32,000 nt of DNA from Candidatus Jordarchaeales archaeon (GTDB lineage: Archaea > Asgardarchaeota > Jordiarchaeia > Jordiarchaeales > Freyrarchaeaceae): assembly GCA_038858525.1 (NCBI GenBank), contig JAWCFL010000001.1:169172-201171 (forward strand), in the 5' to 3' direction. The translations under genes were made by a program, and so were the position numbers. The notes beneath the pieces were generated by a model. That model was not told the DNA's origin and ran no database searches. It worked only from the letters and a program-made list of their open reading frames with translations. How positions within the stretch are numbered: position 1 is the stretch's first letter; every line of letters begins with the position of its first letter. Shown piece after piece: positions 26,265-32,000 of this stretch.

Positions 26265-26876
26265 TTGCGGATCTCCGGATAGGATCCGCCATTCCTCGTC
26301 TTTGTGAAGCTTGCTGAACTCTGGACCAGTGGCGCCCGCATACTTTGGTAGTGGCTTTTTAAGGTAGCTGCTTTCCCCTCCAGTTACCCTGTGAAGGACT
26401 AGCTGTGCTATTCTGGCGGCGGGGTAAAGGGCTATGTCTGCCTCTCCTAGGTTCACGAGTTCAAGTGTTAAAACGCCGGCGTAGCCCGGGCTGACAAGTG
26501 TTGCTGTGGCGATGATTAGGCCTAGGCGACCCCACGAGGAGCGCCCTATCACGTACCCCATGAGGTCTTCGGGGAGCTTTATGTACTCTAGAGTGCTTCC
26601 AAGTATGAGCTGGTTTGGGCGCAGTATGAGCTTCTCGCGGAAGGGGACATGGATCTTTTCTTGGTACTGCGCTATTTCTGCTTCTATGTTTTGCTGCGCG
26701 GGGTCTAGAAGGGAATACTTTGTACGCTTCGTTATGATGAACTCTGTTCCAAGCCTAAGGTCGACTGACCCTGCGGAAACCTGGCTCTTCGAGATTAGAG
26801 GTGTTATTACTAGTTTCTCTTGAGTGTTGGACGTGAATAGTCTTCGCAGGATCTCCTCTTTTGAAAGGACGGTCAT
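26256..26876 (-). CDS. dcd: dCTP deaminase-family (trimeric dUTPase fold) protein
   Basis: SVDLRLG, LGSTLEYIKLP, GRSSWGRLGL, PGYAGVLTLELVN and IAQL motifs. Confidence 0.85.
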   Translation of the reverse strand: MTVLSKEEILRRLFTSNTQEKLVITPLISKSQVSAGSVDLRLGTEFIITKRTKYSLLDPAQQNIEAEIAQYQEKIHVPFREKLILRPNQLILGSTLEYIKLPEDLMGYVIGRSSWGRLGLIIATATLVSPGYAGVLTLELVNLGEADIALYPAARIAQLVLHRVTGGESSYLKKPLPKYAGATGPEFSKLHKDEEWRILSGDPQSL

Positions 26877-28018
26877 ATTTCCGCCTCTAGCAAGCTTTTG
26901 TGTATTATGCTCAGTTCTATTGCTTTTTCTATTAGGGCGGCAAGCTTTTTCTTTGCTTGGTATTTCCCTTCAGGATCCTGAACTTTCAGGATGTTGCAGA
27001 AGGTAGGCATATAGCGCTGCTTAACTATCCAGCCGGCGTTTATTATTGAGGGTATCTCGGCGGGGCGCGTAGCCTTGTCTGGTAAAGTGACCTCGTTTGG
27101 GGGAAGTAGCTCTAGAAGTCTTGAGACAAGCTGAGGAACCTCGCACTCAAAAACTTCGGGAGGGTAGTAGGCGGCTGTTTTCCTAAAGGATTCTTCTATC
27201 TCGTGGAGGCGCTCTATGCCGGTAGATGAGCGCAGCTCTTCTAGAGGAGGCAAAGAGCCGCTCAGGAGCTCCTCTTCATAGTAACCTTCATCTGCGAGCA
27301 GGGCGGCTATGTTTCGTATGCGCTCTTTTACATCGGAAGCAAGTGACGCATCGAAATTTGTGAGTGTGAAGAGGTAGGCTGGGCCGACCATTAAAGAAGC
27401 TAAACGGTCTGCGGCGATTATTAGAAGCTTGTTCGAGGATCCCTCCCCGGTAAGGGTTTCTTCGAGAAGACGTTTTGATTCTATCATGTGGAGAGCTAAC
27501 TCACGCGCTACGAGGCAGTGTGAAAGAGGGTCGTTCCTCAGGAAGTAAGGAAGGGTGAAGAAGAGAACTTCTTCTTTAAGCTCTCGGCTTTCCGGGGGGA
27601 GAAGGGGGGCGGCGAGTTTGAGGATGTCTGAGAGGCGAGAGTGAGAGGACGTGTAAGATTGAAAGCAGATGATGGGGACCGCTTCTTCACCTGCTTTCCC
27701 GGTTAGGTATTCTGCCAGGTACACTGCTCCTAAAGAGGTGTAATGAACGTTCGAACGCTCTATTTTTTCGATGAGGCCACAAATCGCTTGTAAAAGTTCA
27801 TATCCCTTCTCGACTAAAGCTTTCGTGGAGGAAGAGGGCGGAAGAGATTCTAGAGAAGAGCGCAGGTTCCAGACAAGTGAGAAGAGAGATTTAACAGCTC
27901 TCCTTTGAGTTGGCCTAGGAAAGACTCCCAGCTCGATCCGCCTCAAAAGTTCTTCCAAGTCGAGGAATTTCTCTACGAGAATCTCCGAGCTTTTTGTCTC
28001 CAACAAGGAACACCTCAC
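26873..28018 (-). CDS. Uncharacterised 381-aa helical protein, translationally coupled to the dcd-like gene
   Basis: Long ORF with SD GGTGAGGTG and a 4-nt overlap with dcd; no family recognised with confidence. Confidence 0.75.
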   Translation of the reverse strand: MRCSLLETKSSEILVEKFLDLEELLRRIELGVFPRPTQRRAVKSLFSLVWNLRSSLESLPPSSSTKALVEKGYELLQAICGLIEKIERSNVHYTSLGAVYLAEYLTGKAGEEAVPIICFQSYTSSHSRLSDILKLAAPLLPPESRELKEEVLFFTLPYFLRNDPLSHCLVARELALHMIESKRLLEETLTGEGSSNKLLIIAADRLASLMVGPAYLFTLTNFDASLASDVKERIRNIAALLADEGYYEEELLSGSLPPLEELRSSTGIERLHEIEESFRKTAAYYPPEVFECEVPQLVSRLLELLPPNEVTLPDKATRPAEIPSIINAGWIVKQRYMPTFCNILKVQDPEGKYQAKKKLAALIEKAIELSIIHKSLLEAEI

Positions 28019-28454
28019 CAGTCATTTTGGTTGATCAGCCAAGTTCTAAAGGATTTCTCCCCTATAAACGGCAAATAAGGTGGGAGAGCGACAAACTACT
28101 CATAGATAGGTCATCACTCATAAGGAGAAACAAGTGAACCTGTGTCAGAGTTACTTTTAATGCTGCCATAGCCGGGGTTAAGTGTTAAAGACGTGGCTGA
28201 GGTTGGCCTTTAAGTTGAGTTTTTGATGTTGCTCTTGATGAGGCCTGCTCCCTTAAAGTTCAAGAGGGAGCGTGACAAATTTGATGAGGTGTAAATGTCG
28301 TTTTCTATACTTAGGAAAAATAGACAAAGTTTAAATAGGAATGTGTTAGAATAGGGAAGATAAAGACTTAAATAAGTCTTGGTGAAAATACCCTGTTTGA
28401 AAAATGCGAGCTTTCTTTTTTTTAAAAAGAAAGGATGGGGAGAAATGGATAACG

Positions 28455-30536
28455 ATGAGTGGTGATTCCGAAGATAATAATGAGAAACATAAAAAGCGCC
28501 ATGTCAACGGTTCTAGAGGGAAAAAAAGTAACGGCGCGGGCGGTAATCACAGTAATGGCAGCAATCACAGGCAAAGCGTAAAAGTCCTTGGTCCCGTAAG
28601 CAACTTAGAGGAGTACGTTCCACACGACTGGTGGAGTCGAATCTTCAACTCGCTTTACCTAAAGACTGACGGGGACGTTGTAGACGACCAAGAGATTACG
28701 CGTTACGAAGTGGACTTGTTCTCCTCGATCCTAAAGCTTAAGCCTGAAGACAGGATCCTCGATTTGTGCTGCGGTCAGGGACGCCACTCCTTGGAGCTAG
28801 CGAGGAGAGGATATAAGTTCGTTGAGGGACTTGATAAGTCGCATTACCTGATACATAAAGCTAAGGAAAGAGCGAAAAAAGAAGGGTTAAATGTCAGGTT
28901 CAGGGTTGGCGATGCGAGAAAGTTACCCTACCCACCGGACACTTTTGACGTCGTGATGATCTTGGGGAACAGCTTCGGCTACTTTGAAACGGTATACGAC
29001 GACCTTAGAGTGCTAAAGGAGGTTTTCAGGGTTCTGAAGCCGTGGGGCCGGGTTCTAATAGATGTAGCTGACGGAGAATACCTCAAGGAGCACTTCCAGC
29101 CTCGCTCGTGGGAATGGGTGGACAAGAAGCACTTCGTTGTCCGAGAGCGCTCATTATCAGCTGACCGGCAACGCCTCATATCCCGAGAGATAATCACGCA
29201 TGTTGAGAAGGGAGTTATTGCAGACCACTTCTATGCGGAAAGGCTCTACACGAAAGAAGGACTCAGAGACCTCTTGCAGCAAGCCGGCTTAAGCGACGTC
29301 ACTATTCACGGGGACTTAACGACGTTTTCTAAGCGCAACCAAGATTTAGGAATGATGGAGAAACGCATAGTAATCACCGCCATAGCCAAGAAAGAGTGGA
29401 CGCCGATAAAGAGAAGAGAAAAAGAGTCACTCTTAACGGTCGCAGTAATCCTAGGCGACCCAACTAAACGCGACCCACTAAAACCCGGCGGGGTATTCGA
29501 CGAAGACGACATTTACACGATCGACGCGCTCAAGGACGCGTTAAGACAACTTAATGGCTACAACTTCATATACCTAAACAACCACGATAACTTACTCCAA
29601 GACTTGATTAAACTCAAGCCGAAAATAGATTACGTCTTCAACTTGTGTGATGAAGGATTTAACAACGATCCAAGAAAAGAGTTACACGTCCCAGCGATAC
29701 TTGAAATGCTCAATATACCTTATACCGGCTCAGGGCCACAACCTCTAGCCCACTGCTATGATAAATCCCTGATAAGGGGATTGGCGAGAGAAATGGGGAT
29801 TCCTGTTCCCAAGGCAGTCCTGATTAAGCCAGAAGACGAATCCGTCGAGATACCCTTCGGCTTTCCGGCCATAGTAAAGCCAAACTTCGGCGACTCAAGC
29901 TTTGGAATCACATGTAGGTCAGTGGTTAACAACTCCGAGGAGCTCCTAAACGCCATAGCCGAAATACGCGAAAGGTTTGGCTACAACAGACCAATACTTA
30001 TCGAGGAGTTCTTGACCGGAAAGGATCTAACAGTAGGAATAATAGGAAACGTACCTGATTCCTACATGGTTCTACCCATAACGGAAGAAGACTACTCGAG
30101 TCTACCAGAAGGAATGCCTCCGATTTGTGGCTACGAAGCAAAATGGCTTCCCGACTCGCCATACTGGAATATTAAAACGAAGCCAGCGGAGCTACCGCCT
30201 GAAACAGAAACGATCATTGTAAAGTCGTGCATCAGCCTCTTTGAACGACTCGAAATCAGAGACTACTGCAGGTTCGACTGGAGGCTTGACGCAAACGGAA
30301 GGCCAAAGCTTCTCGAGGTCAACCCCAACCCCGGATTGGGTGCACCTAACGGTGCGCCGCACGGAAGGTGTTGGGACGGGCACCTCGCAAAGATGGCGAA
30401 GTTCGCAGGGATGTCTTACGCTGAGATGCTAGGAGCCATCCTAAGGGCGGCAGAGCAGAGACTGGGCATCCGACCGAAATACGAGAAATATGAGAAGGTA
30501 GGGGAGGAAGCCCGGGTAGAGGCGAGGGCAACATAA
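28455..30536 (+). CDS. Class I SAM methyltransferase fused to a D-Ala-D-Ala-ligase-like ATP-grasp domain
   Basis: N-terminal ILDLCCGQGRH, GDARKLPY and GNSFGYF; C-terminal VFNLCDEG, PYTGS, IVKPNFGDSS, LIEEFL, RFDWR and EVNPNPG. ATG at 28455; the ORF track opens at 28404. Confidence 0.9.
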   Translation: MSGDSEDNNEKHKKRHVNGSRGKKSNGAGGNHSNGSNHRQSVKVLGPVSNLEEYVPHDWWSRIFNSLYLKTDGDVVDDQEITRYEVDLFSSILKLKPEDRILDLCCGQGRHSLELARRGYKFVEGLDKSHYLIHKAKERAKKEGLNVRFRVGDARKLPYPPDTFDVVMILGNSFGYFETVYDDLRVLKEVFRVLKPWGRVLIDVADGEYLKEHFQPRSWEWVDKKHFVVRERSLSADRQRLISREIITHVEKGVIADHFYAERLYTKEGLRDLLQQAGLSDVTIHGDLTTFSKRNQDLGMMEKRIVITAIAKKEWTPIKRREKESLLTVAVILGDPTKRDPLKPGGVFDEDDIYTIDALKDALRQLNGYNFIYLNNHDNLLQDLIKLKPKIDYVFNLCDEGFNNDPRKELHVPAILEMLNIPYTGSGPQPLAHCYDKSLIRGLAREMGIPVPKAVLIKPEDESVEIPFGFPAIVKPNFGDSSFGITCRSVVNNSEELLNAIAEIRERFGYNRPILIEEFLTGKDLTVGIIGNVPDSYMVLPITEEDYSSLPEGMPPICGYEAKWLPDSPYWNIKTKPAELPPETETIIVKSCISLFERLEIRDYCRFDWRLDANGRPKLLEVNPNPGLGAPNGAPHGRCWDGHLAKMAKFAGMSYAEMLGAILRAAEQRLGIRPKYEKYEKVGEEARVEARAT
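30337..30366 (+). other. Candidate 30-nt degenerate BHB intron, in frame and stop-free
   Basis: Stem GGUGCACC/GGUGCGCC with loop UAAC; central helix CCGG/ACGG (one G.A mismatch); bulges AU|U and AA|G; outer helix CCCAAC/GUUGGG. Excision gives NPNPG-W-CWDGH. Confidence 0.68.
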
Positions 30537-30574
30537 AAGGCGCCGCATTCACCCATTAATTTTTCTATTTTTTG

Positions 30575-31744
30575 TTATTTTTCGCATATGAAAACTTTGA
30601 CGTTCAAATTGCCATATTTGACCTGTCTTTCGTGAGTTATGGGTAAGTTCTCTTTTTCAGACAGTGATTTAACGAGTTTGACGTGTGGAGTGATTATGCA
30701 TAGTTTTCCGTTGCTCGTTAACAGGTGACGAGCGACCCTGAAAAGCGCACGGTAGACTACTTCCACTCTTTGAGGGTGGCCAACCCTTAACCCGAAAGGG
30801 GGATTTGACACTATAAGCTCGAAGGATCCTTGTTGGTCTTCCACGTAATCCTCAAGCCTTCTCGCTTTGAAATTTATAGCATCACCCACCATGATAATCT
30901 TTGCATGCCTCTTTGCGCTTTCAACATACTTTTCTTTGATGTCACTTCCAGTTATGAGCGGCTTCTCGTAATGCTTTATTTTGCTGTCTAATTCGTTAAA
31001 AATGCTTTCAGGGTCAAGTTCGGGAAAAGGGGGGCGCCTAACAACTTGGAGGGTTTTTTTCCTCAAGTATGCTGCTGGAATATTTCTGGCCATACAGGCA
31101 GCTTCAATGCATATGGTTCCTAATCCACACATGGGATCTAAAAGGTTTTTCGTCCCGTCCCAACCGACGACCCTTAACATGGATGCAGCTAAAATGGGGC
31201 TTAAAGGAGCAGGATGAATTACCTCTGTCCTGTAACCCCTCCTCTCCAAAGAAGTGTCTCCCGTTAGGTCAAGGGCAAAGTAGAAGCGGTCATGTAAAAC
31301 GTAACTCCTAAATATCACGTCTGGCTCGTCTAAGTTAACTCTTTGCTTGTAGTTCTTTTCCTTAAGAATACGGTCTATTACTGCTTGTCCAACGACGTGG
31401 GCTACGTCTATTGAGGTGTAATCATGCGCCCCGACCCTTTTACTTCTAACAGCGAAGGAGTCACTGCTGGTTAGAAATGAGGTGAAGTCTGACGAGTATA
31501 CTGCGTTATATATCTTTTTTAGGTCTTTTTGCGTGCCGTCAAGGTCTGCTTCAGTTAATTTAAGCATGACTCGTTTAACTAAGCGTGCAAGGTAAAGTAA
31601 CCTTACCGCGTCTTCTATTCTATTAATGTTGAGAGCGATTCTTCCCGGGCCATCTATGCGCGCTTTTCTGTCAAGTATTTCCTGCGCTTCTTCGGCGGCA
31701 AGGTCTTCTACTCCCGCCGCTGTGGTTGCGAAAACTGTGAACAA
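30575..31744 (-). CDS. THUMP-domain RNA m2G methyltransferase (Trm14-like)
   Basis: ATTAAGVEDLA, THUMP region, LDLTG..LERRGYR, LDPMCGLGTICIEA and NPPFG motifs. Confidence 0.9.
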   Translation of the reverse strand: MFTVFATTAAGVEDLAAEEAQEILDRKARIDGPGRIALNINRIEDAVRLLYLARLVKRVMLKLTEADLDGTQKDLKKIYNAVYSSDFTSFLTSSDSFAVRSKRVGAHDYTSIDVAHVVGQAVIDRILKEKNYKQRVNLDEPDVIFRSYVLHDRFYFALDLTGDTSLERRGYRTEVIHPAPLSPILAASMLRVVGWDGTKNLLDPMCGLGTICIEAACMARNIPAAYLRKKTLQVVRRPPFPELDPESIFNELDSKIKHYEKPLITGSDIKEKYVESAKRHAKIIMVGDAINFKARRLEDYVEDQQGSFELIVSNPPFGLRVGHPQRVEVVYRALFRVARHLLTSNGKLCIITPHVKLVKSLSEKENLPITHERQVKYGNLNVKVFICEK

Positions 31745-31750
31745 GCCGGG

Positions 31751-32000
31751 TCACTCTTCTACTTTTAGTTGAGCGGAAAGACAGTCTCTGATTTTCCTCA
31801 GAACCCCTAAAAGCGTGTAAATTTCTCTTCCACTAATCCAAGCTCTTGAAATTATGTTTTTAAATGCTTTTTCTACTAATGGAATTTTCTCCTGCCGGTA
31901 TCCTAGCATCTGGATGATTTCTCTGAAAAACTTGATGGCTTGCTCTCGTTCCACTCTGCCTGCTGCCTTGGCCTTAAACCTTCTACTACCAGTTGACAAG
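31751..32000 (-). CDS. C-terminal part of a probable TrmJ-like SPOUT methyltransferase, truncated by the window edge
   Basis: FKNIISRAWISGREIYTLLGVLRKI resembles the TrmJ C-terminal helical domain; the catalytic domain is not visible. Confidence 0.55.
   Translation of the reverse strand, partial: LSTGSRRFKAKAAGRVEREQAIKFFREIIQMLGYRQEKIPLVEKAFKNIISRAWISGREIYTLLGVLRKIRDCLSAQLKVEE

Noticed and set aside
28230-28295. TGATGA boxes and a GCTCCCT/AGGGAGC hairpin as a C/D box sRNA
   Set aside because: No correctly placed CTGA D boxes or terminal stem were found.
1-32000. tRNA, rRNA, CRISPR arrays, transposases or integrases
   Set aside because: No cloverleaf, repeat-spacer array or mobile-element ORF was recognised by eye; a tRNAscan/Infernal run would be needed to exclude split or intron-rich tRNAs.

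Overview
Archaeal chromosomal window of mostly core genes. It holds the distal S10/spc-like ribosomal cluster (L32e, L19e, L18, S5, L30, L15, secY, adk, an Oxa1-superfamily DUF106 gene, L34e, cmk, L14e, cbf5), then L44e-S27e-aIF2alpha, nop10, aglB and S3Ae. A long minus-strand run follows (aIF2gamma, PIN, rpoE', spt4, DUF359, S24e, S27ae, kae1, bud32, rdgB, S15, RecJ-like DHH, pcc1), then EF-1alpha, an RHH gene, aroD, L10e, a dcd-like gene with an unknown partner, a SAM-methyltransferase/ATP-grasp fusion, a THUMP methyltransferase and a partial TrmJ-like gene. The lineage cannot be fixed from the sequence alone; gene content fits a TACK- or Asgard-type archaeon. The main observation is that five protein-coding genes carry six tiny (14-31 nt) insertions. 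Five of these fold into the bulge-helix-bulge (BHB) geometry cut by the archaeal tRNA splicing endonuclease, and the sixth is a degenerate version. They lie in cbf5 (8011-8040), rpl44e (9056-9085), kae1 (18158-18171), aIF2gamma (two, 21953-21983 and 22000-22029, flanking a 16-nt micro-exon) and the methyltransferase/ATP-grasp fusion (30337-30366). Excision at the positions dictated by BHB geometry restores the expected conserved motif and reading frame each time. To my knowledge mRNA introns in archaea are established essentially only for crenarchaeal cbf5, so this looks like multi-gene mRNA splicing. Splicing is inferred from sequence only and has not been shown experimentally here.
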